Of a stretch of DNA of 64,000 bases, positions 27,160-36,881 are shown one piece after another; positions within the stretch are counted from its first letter, which is position 1; each line of letters opens with the position of its first letter. Location: assembly GCA_041661645.1 (NCBI GenBank), contig JBAZUA010000005.1:14829-78828 (forward strand). The letters are read 5' to 3'. Below the pieces are notes generated by a model. The model was given only the letters and a program-made list of their open reading frames with translations. It searched no databases and had not been told where the DNA came from. The position numbers were made by a program, and so were the translations under genes. This DNA comes from Minisyncoccota bacterium. GTDB lineage: Bacteria > Patescibacteriota > Minisyncoccia > Phycocordibacterales > UBA6065.

Positions 27160-28917
27160 ATGAAAACCACCTGGAACCTCGGACTGCTGTATAGGGGCCA
27201 TGACGACCCAAGGATAGAGAAGGACATTCGCTCGGGCGAGCGTGCCTTTGCCGCGTTCGAAAAGAAGTACAAGGGCAAGACGGATTATCTCAAGAACGAG
27301 GCCAGGTTTCTGGCGGCCCTGACCGAGTTCGAGGAGATGTTCAGGGACCTGCGTCTCTCTGGCCCCGTCATGTACTTTCACTATGTCAAAGACCTCGATG
27401 GGTCTGACGTCGTTGCCCAGGCGCGGGAGACCCAGTTTTCCGAGCGATATGCCAAGAATGACCAGCGCATCGCCTTCTTCGAGCTCTCCATCGCCAAGAT
27501 ACCCGTCCCGCTCCAGAGGAAGTTCCTCGCGTCAAAGAAGCTCGCCCATTTCAGATACTATCTCAAGACCATATTCGACCGCTCGAAGCACAATCTCTCG
27601 GAGGCCGAGGAGAAGATCATGAGGCTCAAGTCCATTCCCGCGCATGACCAGTGGATAAACGCCACCGAAAAACTGCTTGGTAAGATGACTGTTGATTTCA
27701 AGGGGAAGAGCATCCCTCTGCCCGAGGCCGGAAACATGATTGGCGATCTGCAGCTGCCTGATCGACGCGAGCTCCATGATTCCCTCATGAAGACCCTCGG
27801 CACCATTGCCGACGTTGCCGAAGGGGAGCTAAACGCCATTGCCACCAACAAGAAGATAAATGACGAGCTCCGCGGCTACAAGGAGGCGTATGACGCCACC
27901 ATCCTTGGTTATCAAAATGATCGAAAGAGCGTCCTTGCCCTGGTCGATGTCGTTACCAAGAATTTCCACATAAGCCACAGGTTCAACAGGGTGAAGGCCC
28001 AGCTCCTCGGCCTCGATCGCCTGAGCTATGCCGACAGAAACGCCGGAATCGAGCCAGAGGTGAAGGAGGTCTCGTTCGATGAGGCTGTGGAGATTCTCCG
28101 CGATGTGTTTGGTTCTATTCATCCTCGCTACCTCTCGATACTTGACGGATATCTCGAGCGGGGCCAGATTGACGTGTATCCAAAAAAGGGGAAGAAGGGT
28201 GGTGCTTATTGTTCCGGCTCCCTCAACCTCCCGACGTTTGTCATGCTCAATTACACGAATACCCTGGATCAAGTATCTACTTTCGCGCATGAGATGGGTC
28301 ATGCCATTCATACCGAGCTCTCCGAATCACAGAGTCCCTTTTATCAGGACTATTCGACGTCTACCGCGGAGGTGGCAAGCACCCTCTTCGAATCTTTCGT
28401 CTTTGACGCTCTTTTCGAAAAGATGTCTGACAAGGAAAAGGTTGCCGCGCTTCACAACAAGATAAACGATGATGTCTGCACGATCTTCCGTCAGATAGCT
28501 TGTTTCAATTTCGAGGCGGAGATGCATGAAATCGTGCGCGAGAAGGGCGGCATATCGACGGACGAGCTGCGCGAGCTCATGAACAAACACATGGCCTCGT
28601 ATCTCGGTCCCGTGTTCGGTCTCAAGCCAGAGGACGGGAACTATTTCGTTTCATGGGGCCATCTTCGTCGATTCTTCTACGTCTATTCGTACGCCTTCGG
28701 TCAGCTCGTCTCGAAAGCGCTGTATGCGAATTACAAGAAGGATAAGAAGTATCTCGACAAGATAAACGCCTTCATGACAGCGGGCGGTTCCGATTCCCCC
28801 GAGAATATTTTTAAATCGGCAGGCATCGACGTCACCAAACCTGATTTCTGGAAGGCGGGACTGGCTTCGATCGAGGCTGATATCGAAAGGCTGGAGAAGC
28901 TTTCCGCGAAGAGGTAA
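27160..28917 (+). CDS. pepF: M3 family oligoendopeptidase F
   Basis: KKGGAYC, AHEMGHAIH, AEVAS, FYVYSYAFG. Confidence 0.9.
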   Translation: MKTTWNLGLLYRGHDDPRIEKDIRSGERAFAAFEKKYKGKTDYLKNEARFLAALTEFEEMFRDLRLSGPVMYFHYVKDLDGSDVVAQARETQFSERYAKNDQRIAFFELSIAKIPVPLQRKFLASKKLAHFRYYLKTIFDRSKHNLSEAEEKIMRLKSIPAHDQWINATEKLLGKMTVDFKGKSIPLPEAGNMIGDLQLPDRRELHDSLMKTLGTIADVAEGELNAIATNKKINDELRGYKEAYDATILGYQNDRKSVLALVDVVTKNFHISHRFNRVKAQLLGLDRLSYADRNAGIEPEVKEVSFDEAVEILRDVFGSIHPRYLSILDGYLERGQIDVYPKKGKKGGAYCSGSLNLPTFVMLNYTNTLDQVSTFAHEMGHAIHTELSESQSPFYQDYSTSTAEVASTLFESFVFDALFEKMSDKEKVAALHNKINDDVCTIFRQIACFNFEAEMHEIVREKGGISTDELRELMNKHMASYLGPVFGLKPEDGNYFVSWGHLRRFFYVYSYAFGQLVSKALYANYKKDKKYLDKINAFMTAGGSDSPENIFKSAGIDVTKPDFWKAGLASIEADIERLEKLSAKR

Positions 28918-28936
28918 ATACGCTAGTATGGTTTCC

Positions 28937-30730
28937 ATGCAAACACCCATGACATCAGCCGAGATACGCAGGCGGTTCCTCGCCTTCTTTGCGGCTCGTG
29001 GCCATGCCATCATGCCTTCGGCTTCGCTCGTGCCCGAGAATGACCCATCTGTGCTCTTCAACACCGCGGGAATGCAGCCTTTGGTGCCCTATCTCTTGGG
29101 CGAGAAGCATCCTGCCGGCACTCGATTAGCCAACTTTCAAAAATGCGTTCGCACGGGCGATATCGACGACATCGGCGACAATACCCACGCGACCTTCTTT
29201 GAGATGATGGGCAACTGGTCGCTCGGCGACTATTTCAAGGAGGAGGCGATCAACTGGAGCTTCGAGCTTCTCACCTCGAAGACCGAGGGTTTCGGCCTCG
29301 ACCCTCAGCGACTCTATGTCACTTGCTTCGAGGGCGACGAGAACGCGCCTCGCGACGAGGAGACCGCCGAAATATGGCGTGGCATCTTTGCAAAAAACGG
29401 AGTGATGGGCGAGCGTGTCTATTTCATGCCCGCAGACAAGAACTGGTGGCAGCCGGGCCCGAATGGCCCCTGCGGTCCCGACACGGAGATGTTCTATGAC
29501 CTCACGGGCAGTCTGATCGAGGGCATGACCAAGGCCGAATACCTCAAGGCCGATGATGCCCAGCAGGTGGTCGAGATCTGGAACGACGTATTCATGCAGT
29601 ATTTGAAGAAGGATGACAAGGTTGTCGGCATGCTCGAAAAGAAAAACGTTGACACGGGCTCGGGATTCGAGCGCGTCACCATGACGCTTCAGGGCAAGGA
29701 CAATATCTTCGATACGGACATCTTCACGGGCATCATGGCCGAGGCAGGGAAGATCGCCTCGAACCTCAAGTCGCGGCGCATCGTCTCTGACCATTTGCGG
29801 GCTGCCGTATTTATGATTGCCGACGGCGTCTTGCCGGCCAACACCGATCAGGGATATGTCCTTCGCCGCCTGATTCGTCGTGCCGTATTCAACACGGACA
29901 AAAAGACCCTTTCAGGGCAGTCCGTCGAGGCCCTCGTCGGTGCCGTGGTCGCCACCTATCGCGATGTCTATCCAAATGTGGCCGCGCAGGAGGGCAAGAT
30001 AGCGACCGAAATCTACAAGGAGGCAGAGAAGTTCTCGAAGGCCCTCTCGCATGGCCTCGGCGAGTTTGAGAAAATCGCCAAGCAGGGCAGGGGCATTTCT
30101 GGTTCCGAGGCATTCACCCTTTTCTCGAGCTATGGCTTCCCGATCGACCTCACCGTCGAGCTGGCAAAAGGGCGCGGCGTCTCCGTCGATCGCGCGTCAT
30201 TTGACGTCGAGTTCAAGAAGCATCAGGACCTCTCTCGCGCAGGCGCAGAGCAGAAGTTCAAGGGTGGCATGGGCGACACCTCCGAGGTTTCCCTCAGATA
30301 TCACACCGCCACGCATCTTCTGCATCAGGCCCTTCGCCAGGTTCTCGGCACCCATGTCCAGCAGAAGGGCTCGAACATCACGCCCGAGCGACTGCGCTTT
30401 GATTTCGTCCACACGGCGAAGATGACCGACGACGAGAAGAAGAAGGTCGAGGATATCGTGAACGCGGCCATTGCGGCCAAGCTCCCGGTCCATCGGGTCG
30501 AGCTTCCCAAGGCCGAGGCCGAGAAGACGGGCGCCCTCCATTTCTTTGGCGACAAGTATGGTGATGTTGTTTCCGTGTATTACATAGGAAGTGACATCGA
30601 TTCCGCCATATCAAAGGAGTTCTGCGGCGGCCCTCATGTCGAGAACACCGGCGTACTCGGCACTTTCAAAATCCAAAAGGAAGAGGCGGTTTCCGCTGGG
30701 GTTCGCAGGATTAAGGCCGTGCTCGCGTAA
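28937..30730 (+). CDS. alaS: Alanine--tRNA ligase (short form lacking C-Ala)
   Basis: LFNTAGMQP, FEMMGNWS, DTGSG, HTATHLL, EFCGGPHV, GVRRIKA at the terminus. Confidence 0.95.
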   Translation: MQTPMTSAEIRRRFLAFFAARGHAIMPSASLVPENDPSVLFNTAGMQPLVPYLLGEKHPAGTRLANFQKCVRTGDIDDIGDNTHATFFEMMGNWSLGDYFKEEAINWSFELLTSKTEGFGLDPQRLYVTCFEGDENAPRDEETAEIWRGIFAKNGVMGERVYFMPADKNWWQPGPNGPCGPDTEMFYDLTGSLIEGMTKAEYLKADDAQQVVEIWNDVFMQYLKKDDKVVGMLEKKNVDTGSGFERVTMTLQGKDNIFDTDIFTGIMAEAGKIASNLKSRRIVSDHLRAAVFMIADGVLPANTDQGYVLRRLIRRAVFNTDKKTLSGQSVEALVGAVVATYRDVYPNVAAQEGKIATEIYKEAEKFSKALSHGLGEFEKIAKQGRGISGSEAFTLFSSYGFPIDLTVELAKGRGVSVDRASFDVEFKKHQDLSRAGAEQKFKGGMGDTSEVSLRYHTATHLLHQALRQVLGTHVQQKGSNITPERLRFDFVHTAKMTDDEKKKVEDIVNAAIAAKLPVHRVELPKAEAEKTGALHFFGDKYGDVVSVYYIGSDIDSAISKEFCGGPHVENTGVLGTFKIQKEEAVSAGVRRIKAVLA

Positions 30731-30815
30731 CGCATTGTATTAGGTTGTAATACAAAATCACTACAGCCAGCCACCCTGTAATTCACTGTAATACAGCCCG
30801 AAAAAAGACGAAAAA

Positions 30816-31094
30816 ATGTCACTTCTCCGCGGCAACAAGTTCAGCGACTCGCATCAGACATACATCCCTGAGTCAGAGGGCGTGCTTGTGGCCGCCAAGA
30901 ATCTGGAATCCGTGACCAAGATAGTCCTGAGCGTCATTGTGCCCGTGAAGTCGGGGGCGCCCCGTCTCAAAATCTCATCCATACCTGCCGGAATCAAATG
31001 CGTGGTGAGAGGGAGGAATGCCCAGCAGGATTTTTTCATATATACGAAGGAGCCATCGGTGGTCAGGCACCTTCTTCAGGAGATGTTTGGGTAA
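30816..31094 (+). CDS. Hypothetical protein
   Basis: Intact 92-aa ORF between alaS and a terminator. Confidence 0.6.
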   Translation: MSLLRGNKFSDSHQTYIPESEGVLVAAKNLESVTKIVLSVIVPVKSGAPRLKISSIPAGIKCVVRGRNAQQDFFIYTKEPSVVRHLLQEMFG

Positions 31095-31147
31095 CGCTTT
31101 TGCATAAAGAAAAAGGCGCGCTTTGTGAGCGCGCCCTGTTTTGCTAC

Positions 31148-32194
31148 CTAGCTCGTCACCTCAAGTGAGTTGACTGCCGATTTGATTGTCCCCATGGACT
31201 CCTTTGCCTCGATGAGCCCAGGGTCTTCAACCACGGCGTTGAGCTCGAGTGACTTTCTGACCAAGGCATCCCTTTCTGCGATCAGTGGGTCGATCTCGGC
31301 CTTCAGCCGGCGAATCTTGGCGTCACATGCCGAGATGCGCGAGTCGACGCGTTCCTTCTCGGAAATCGCCGAATCGTAGCGCTTGACCTGCGCTGCCAGT
31401 CCCCTGATGAAACTCTGAAAGTCAGCCTGTGGCGCAAGGCTTGGGGCCTTCACCACTGATTCTGGCCTCGAGGGTTGCCGGGTATCGACACTCAGTTGCA
31501 TCATGCCTTCCGCCCCTTTGATCAGGTGGCCCTCTCTGAAGCACCAGCTCATGATCTGCCCCAATGCCTTGTTAGGGCTGTCTTTCGGGACGAGGCCCTT
31601 GGATCGCATCAGGGCGCGGAATTGATCCGAGGTGAAGGGTCTGGATCCATACCCCTCCTTGATCGAATCCAATAGCAATCCGACCAGCACTTTGTCGTGG
31701 GTAAACCCTAACAGTGACTTACCCTCCTGACCTTTTGTTGTCGTGTTGTCTCCCGCCGGACCTGATAAGGTCTCAGGACTTTGGCTGGGGAAGGCGACGA
31801 CCTTTGCCTGCTCTTTGGCGACAGTCGTCACCTTGGGTTCTATGGCCATCCCGTTCACGAACACCCCTCCTGACGCACCGAGCTTGTCCATGACCATGTT
31901 TCGCAGGCACTCACCCTTGACCTCATCGCACCGTAGGTAGCAACGGTGATATGAGTCATTTTTGCTGTTGTGCTTCACGTCTAACGTGAGGCTGCTGGTG
32001 GTCGATGACTTAACCTTGATATGCGGGGGCTGTCCACCGTTGCTGCGTAGGCGTTCGCCTACCGCCAGGGTGAACCTGCCGCTGATTTCCAGGGTTTCGA
32101 GCATCGAGCGAACGAGGCTCACAGACTCGGGAACATTCATCCCTTTTGCGGCGAGGGTGAATAGTGGGGCAGTCGCTGACAATGCGGTTTGCAT
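31148..32194 (-). CDS. Orphan protein with possible winged helix and C-terminal coiled coil
   Basis: 348-aa ORF with own promoter (TTGACA 32284-32279, N16, TAAAAT), boxA-like GCTCTTTCAAA and terminator at 31111-31142. Confidence 0.65.
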   Translation of the reverse strand: MQTALSATAPLFTLAAKGMNVPESVSLVRSMLETLEISGRFTLAVGERLRSNGGQPPHIKVKSSTTSSLTLDVKHNSKNDSYHRCYLRCDEVKGECLRNMVMDKLGASGGVFVNGMAIEPKVTTVAKEQAKVVAFPSQSPETLSGPAGDNTTTKGQEGKSLLGFTHDKVLVGLLLDSIKEGYGSRPFTSDQFRALMRSKGLVPKDSPNKALGQIMSWCFREGHLIKGAEGMMQLSVDTRQPSRPESVVKAPSLAPQADFQSFIRGLAAQVKRYDSAISEKERVDSRISACDAKIRRLKAEIDPLIAERDALVRKSLELNAVVEDPGLIEAKESMGTIKSAVNSLEVTS

Positions 32195-32324
32195 CTTGTA
32201 GTTTCTCCGTATCTATTGTTGTGGTTGGGCTCTTTTTGAAAGAGCGTTCGTAAATTATTTTACATATAAATGTTGATATGTCAATGGTGGTTTTTATTTT
32301 AAAAAACTACGATATACTAATCCC

Positions 32325-33536
32325 ATGTTCTCCTTTGGAAAACCACGCGTCGAGCTCGGAGTCGTCTTCGACATAGGATCGTCGTCCGTCGGTGCCGCGC
32401 TTGCGCTGTTCGAGAAAGGCATCCCTTCCCGCGTCGTCTATGACGTCCGCGAGCCCATCTCCCTCCAGGAAAAGCCTGAGCCGGGGCGTTTCTTCGATGA
32501 CATGCTCTCGGCGCTGGGCCGGGTCAACGCCATTGTCCTGAAGGATGGCCTCGCGACCCTTTCCGCGGCTGATCGCTCGTCTCTTTCCATAAGGCACGTG
32601 GCATATATCTTCTCGTCGCCCTGGTCCGTGTCCCAGACCAAGACGGTCACCATAAACAAGTACGATGCGTTCACCTTCACGCGGGCGATGGTCAATGAGA
32701 TCATCGAAGACAGCGAGAAGATATTCGCAAAATCCATAAGGGAAGACGGTCTCTCTGATCTTCCCGGCGGCCTCTCGATCATCGAGAAGCGCGTCATACA
32801 CATTGCTCTCAATGGATATCAGGTGCCTGAGCCTTATGGAAAGAAGACGAGGCGTGCTGACATGTCGTTCTTCATGAGCTTTGCGCCGAAGGCTGTCATC
32901 GACAGGATATCCGAGGTGTCAATGTCCACATTCCATCCGCGGGACACCAAAATATTCTCGGCACCGCTCGTCGCCTTTTCGGTCATACGCGATTCGTTCC
33001 ACAACACCGACGATTTCGTCTTTCTCGACGTCGGCGGCGAAATCTCCGAGGTGTCAGTCATAAAGGGCGGCCTCATACTTGAGACTATCAGTTTTCCGAC
33101 GGGTTTTCGCTCGCTCGTCAGGTCCGTTGCGGCTGATTTCTTCGTCACGTACACGGAAGCCGAGTCCCTGATCAACCTTGACGCGAGCGGACATGGCGAT
33201 GATTCGGTGAGGGAAAGGCTCGTTCCCGCCGTCGATCGCGCCGCCCAGGCCTGGTCCGATGCCTTTCATAAGGCGCTTTCGGGACTGTCCACCAGGATGT
33301 CCATGCCTCGAGAGCTTTTCGCGAGCGCGGATAGCGACCTTGTTCGATTTCTCGTGGGGGCCATAAAAGACGAGCGGGTGAGTCAGTTCGGGGTTGCCGA
33401 GGTCCCGTTTTTCGTCACCCTGCTCTCGCCTGACAAGCTCAAGGACCTGGTTGTCTTCGCGCCGACCGCCCAGAAAGACATGTCGATCGCCCTCGCCGTC
33501 GGATTCATCGGCAGAAGCGGCCTCGAAAGTTATTAA
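32325..33536 (+). CDS. Actin-fold FtsA/PilM-like protein
   Basis: VFDIGSSSV and FLDVGGEISEV phosphate loops. Confidence 0.65.
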   Translation: MFSFGKPRVELGVVFDIGSSSVGAALALFEKGIPSRVVYDVREPISLQEKPEPGRFFDDMLSALGRVNAIVLKDGLATLSAADRSSLSIRHVAYIFSSPWSVSQTKTVTINKYDAFTFTRAMVNEIIEDSEKIFAKSIREDGLSDLPGGLSIIEKRVIHIALNGYQVPEPYGKKTRRADMSFFMSFAPKAVIDRISEVSMSTFHPRDTKIFSAPLVAFSVIRDSFHNTDDFVFLDVGGEISEVSVIKGGLILETISFPTGFRSLVRSVAADFFVTYTEAESLINLDASGHGDDSVRERLVPAVDRAAQAWSDAFHKALSGLSTRMSMPRELFASADSDLVRFLVGAIKDERVSQFGVAEVPFFVTLLSPDKLKDLVVFAPTAQKDMSIALAVGFIGRSGLESY

Positions 33537-33577
33537 CACCTGACGGCAATTTCGGGAATATAGTATAATCGCAGCAT

Positions 33578-34870
33578 ATGACACGAAAACCCATCAGAGA
33601 CATAGTGCCCAATGGCGGCAGGTCGATAAGGAACATCCCCTTGTCCTCAAAGAGGGCGTATGCGGACGAGCCTCAAGAAGAGATACGAAAGGAGGTTCTG
33701 AAAAGCGTCAGGGAAGAGTTCGAGTACGTCGCCGAGGAGAGGGCTGGCAGCGGCGGCAAAAAATATTTCATATTCGGCGGGGCAGTCGCCGCCGCCGTTC
33801 TCGCGATACTCGTCATATCAAGCGTGTTCCATGGCGCGACGGTCACCGTCACCCCTCGGGTATCGGCCGTTTCAATAAAGGACGACGTCACTGCCGGCAA
33901 ATCAAGCGCCGCCGCAGGCCTTTCATTCCAATCCAAGGTCATCAAGCAGACGGGATCGGTGCAGCTCAAGGCGCTGGGCGAAAAGCAGGTCAACACTCAG
34001 GCATCGGGCACCATCGTTATCTATAACAATTACAGCGCCGCTGCCCAGAGACTCGTCAAGAATACCCGCTTCGAGACCCCTGAGGGCCTCATTTACCGCA
34101 TAAGCGACTCCGTGACCGTTCCGGGCAAGAAGGGCACGACCCCGGGCAGCATAGAGGCCGTGGTCCTCGCCGACGAGGCAGGGGACAAGTATAATGTCGG
34201 CCTCAAGGACTTCACCGTCCCTGGTTTCAAGGGTGATCCCCGCTATGCCGCCTTCACGGCAAAGTCAAAGCCGTCAGCCCCCCTCCAGGGCGGCTTCTCG
34301 GGTACGGTAAAAACCGTCGCCGATGCCGACATGGTCAAGGCCCAGTCTGACATCAAGACCAAGGCGACCGTCGAGCTCCTCAAGCAGGCTCAGGCCCAGG
34401 TTCCTGAGGGATCAGTCTTCTTCGCAGGTGCCAACACCATCGCCTGCGCGCCGCTTCCCCAGGAAAGCGTCTCATCAGGTGAAGTCCTCATAAAGATGGA
34501 GTGCGTGCTTTCCGCCGCATTCTTCGACAAGCAGGCCATAAGCTCATATCTCGCCAAGACAAAGGTCAGCGGATACAAGAACGAGCCTATCGTCATACGA
34601 AGTATCGAGAACCTCTCTTTTGTTCCGAAGGAAGGCTTTGATCCAACCGCAGAGAGCATCTCCTTCGCCCTCTCGGGTGACGCCATCTTTGAATGGCTCT
34701 ATGACGAGGCTGGCTTCAAGCAGAAATTGACTGGCGCAAAGTCATCCGATGTCCCCTCGATTACCCAAGGCTTCCCAACCATAGAGAAAGTGGAGGTATC
34801 CATCCGTCCCTTCTGGAGGAAGACCTTCCCGGGCGACGTGAAGAGCATAACCGTCAAGAAGGCCCTCTAA
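33578..34870 (+). CDS. CPR membrane-anchored protein with baseplate-J-like domain
   Basis: TM helix; ASGTIVIYN..Q.LV..TRF, VLADEAGDKYN, GG motifs. Confidence 0.6.
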   Translation: MTRKPIRDIVPNGGRSIRNIPLSSKRAYADEPQEEIRKEVLKSVREEFEYVAEERAGSGGKKYFIFGGAVAAAVLAILVISSVFHGATVTVTPRVSAVSIKDDVTAGKSSAAAGLSFQSKVIKQTGSVQLKALGEKQVNTQASGTIVIYNNYSAAAQRLVKNTRFETPEGLIYRISDSVTVPGKKGTTPGSIEAVVLADEAGDKYNVGLKDFTVPGFKGDPRYAAFTAKSKPSAPLQGGFSGTVKTVADADMVKAQSDIKTKATVELLKQAQAQVPEGSVFFAGANTIACAPLPQESVSSGEVLIKMECVLSAAFFDKQAISSYLAKTKVSGYKNEPIVIRSIENLSFVPKEGFDPTAESISFALSGDAIFEWLYDEAGFKQKLTGAKSSDVPSITQGFPTIEKVEVSIRPFWRKTFPGDVKSITVKKAL

Positions 34871-34923
34871 TGCAGATTGACAATAGTCTGGCTTTGGTTT
34901 AATCTAGCCAGACGTTCTAATAA

Positions 34924-35136
34924 ATGATTGATACAAACAAGACAAGCGTTATCGGGGTCGTAACTGAGGCATTGCCGAACACCTTCTTTCGAGTGAGGCT
35001 CGATGATGGCACGGAACTGCTCACCTATCTGGCGGGCAAGATGAGGATGAACCGCATTAGGGTGCTCATAGGCGACAAGGTGAAGCTCGAGCTCGAGCCG
35101 TATGGCGGAAAGGGACGGATTATACAGCGTATGTAA
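34924..35136 (+). CDS. infA: Translation initiation factor IF-1
   Basis: [30 protein letters not shown]. Confidence 0.96.
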   Translation: MIDTNKTSVIGVVTEALPNTFFRVRLDDGTELLTYLAGKMRMNRIRVLIGDKVKLELEPYGGKGRIIQRM

Positions 35137-35160
35137 TCAAGATTTCGTAACAGCAATAAC

Positions 35161-35277
35161 ATGAGAGTAAAATCATCAGTCAAGAAGAAATGTGCGGTAT
35201 GCAAGGTGGTCCGACGAAAGGGCTACGTATACGTCATCTGCAAATCCAATCCTCGCCACAAGCAGCGACAGGGTTAA
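35161..35277 (+). CDS. rpmJ: 50S ribosomal protein L36
   Basis: Hand translation: [38 protein letters not shown] (absent from the ORF track). Confidence 0.96.
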   Translation: MRVKSSVKKKCAVCKVVRRKGYVYVICKSNPRHKQRQG

Positions 35278-35368
35278 TTTTAGGCTGGAGGCTCTTGGGG
35301 AGTTTACAGCCATTTTATTCTGTGCTAGTATTGAAAACTCTTAATTCTAATATTTAAAGCCACACGAC

Positions 35369-35752
35369 ATGCGAATTCTTGGTATAACCCTTCCCGACGA
35401 AAAGCGTATAGAAATCGCCCTCACGACGCTCTTTGGAATCGGCCGCTCTCGCGCCCAGAAAATCCTCAAGGACGCCAAGGTTTCCCTGGAGAAAAAGGCA
35501 AAGGAAGTGACCGCTGACGAGGAGAACGCCATCCGCAAGATCATCGAGACCTCCTTCAAGATAGAGGGAGACCTCAAGCGAGAGGTTTCGGCGAACGTCA
35601 AGCGCCTCAAGGACATCAAGGCATACCGAGGCATTCGCCATCAGCGAAGCCTGCCTGTGAACGGCCAGAGGACAAAGACCAACTCTCGAACCCGACGCGG
35701 GAACACCCGAAAGACCATGGGTACCGGACGAAAGGCAGAGACGAAGAAGTAA
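35369..35752 (+). CDS. rpsM: 30S ribosomal protein S13
   Basis: YRGIRHQRSLPVNGQRTKTNSRT. Confidence 0.96.
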   Translation: MRILGITLPDEKRIEIALTTLFGIGRSRAQKILKDAKVSLEKKAKEVTADEENAIRKIIETSFKIEGDLKREVSANVKRLKDIKAYRGIRHQRSLPVNGQRTKTNSRTRRGNTRKTMGTGRKAETKK

Positions 35753-35785
35753 TCATTATAATCACTTAACGAAACCCCTATTACC

Positions 35786-36226
35786 ATGGCTAAGAAAAGC
35801 ACCGGAGCGGCAGAAGGAGAGGCAAAGGCACCAGCAGTGGCTGCCGTCGCTCCTGTTGCGAAATCCTCTTCAAAGAAGAAGGTCGAATCTGGCATCCTTT
35901 ACGTTCAGTCGACCTATAACAACACCATGTGCCTCCTCACGGACGCATCGGGAAACGCGCTCGCGTCTTCGTCTGCGGGCGCCCTCGGTTTCAAGGGTGC
36001 CAAGAAAGGCACCCCTTTCGCCGCTGCGAAGGTCGGCGACGTTCTCGCGACCAAGGGCCAGCTCTTCGGCCTCAAGGAGGTGGCGGTTGTCATCAAGGGA
36101 GTCGGATCGGGACGAGAGTCAGCGGTTCGAAGCTTCATCACCAAGGGAATCAACATCCTTTCGGTGAAGGACGTTACCCCCGTGCCCCATAACGGACCAA
36201 GGCCTCCTCGAGCGCGACGAGTATAA
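35786..36226 (+). CDS. rpsK: 30S ribosomal protein S11
   Basis: STYNNT, GTPFAA, DVTPVPHNGPRP. Confidence 0.96.
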   Translation: MAKKSTGAAEGEAKAPAVAAVAPVAKSSSKKKVESGILYVQSTYNNTMCLLTDASGNALASSSAGALGFKGAKKGTPFAAAKVGDVLATKGQLFGLKEVAVVIKGVGSGRESAVRSFITKGINILSVKDVTPVPHNGPRPPRARRV

Positions 36227-36251
36227 ACTTTATATATAAGCCCCAGAAACA

Positions 36252-36854
36252 ATGATAATCGGACCAAAATACAAGATAGCTCGCCGACTCGGAGCAAATA
36301 TCTTCGAGAAGACCCAGACCGCCAAGTTCGCCCTCCGACAGGAGCGAAAGGCGGGCAAGGGACCGTATCGCCCAAAGGGCCAGTTCGCCACCCAGATGCT
36401 CGAGAAGCAGAAGGCGCGACTCTCATACGGCATGGGCGAGCGACAGTTCAAGAAGTACGTCAAGGAATCGGTTGCCAAGAAGGGCAACACGACCCAGGCC
36501 CTCTTCGTCCGCCTCGAGTCCCGTCTCGACAATGTCGTCTATCGCCTCGGCTTCGCCTCTACGCGACTCGCCGCCCGTCAGATGATTTCCCACGGACACA
36601 TCACCGTGGACGGAAAGAAGGTCACCATCGCCTCCTTCTCGACGAAGGCAGGGGAGAAGATCTCGCTCCGCGCCTCGAGCCAGAAGAAGACCATCTTCGC
36701 CAATTTCGACGAGAAGATGAAGACCGTCAAGGTGCCTACCTGGCTCTCGTACGACGCGGACAAGAAAACCGCGACCGTCGAGTCTGAGCCAAAGTACTCA
36801 CCGACCGAGCACCTCTTCAACCTTGGATCAGTAATCGAGTTTTACAGCCGATAA
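36252..36854 (+). CDS. rpsD: 30S ribosomal protein S4
   Basis: LESRLDNVVYRLGFA..ARQMISHGH. Confidence 0.96.
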   Translation: MIIGPKYKIARRLGANIFEKTQTAKFALRQERKAGKGPYRPKGQFATQMLEKQKARLSYGMGERQFKKYVKESVAKKGNTTQALFVRLESRLDNVVYRLGFASTRLAARQMISHGHITVDGKKVTIASFSTKAGEKISLRASSQKKTIFANFDEKMKTVKVPTWLSYDADKKTATVESEPKYSPTEHLFNLGSVIEFYSR

Positions 36855-36881
36855 TTAGGAGTGTTTTCTAATATAAAAACT

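Noticed and set aside
33578-34870. Second prophage or tailocin suggested by the baseplate-J-like domain
   Set aside because: A single membrane-anchored gene among housekeeping genes, with no phage neighbours
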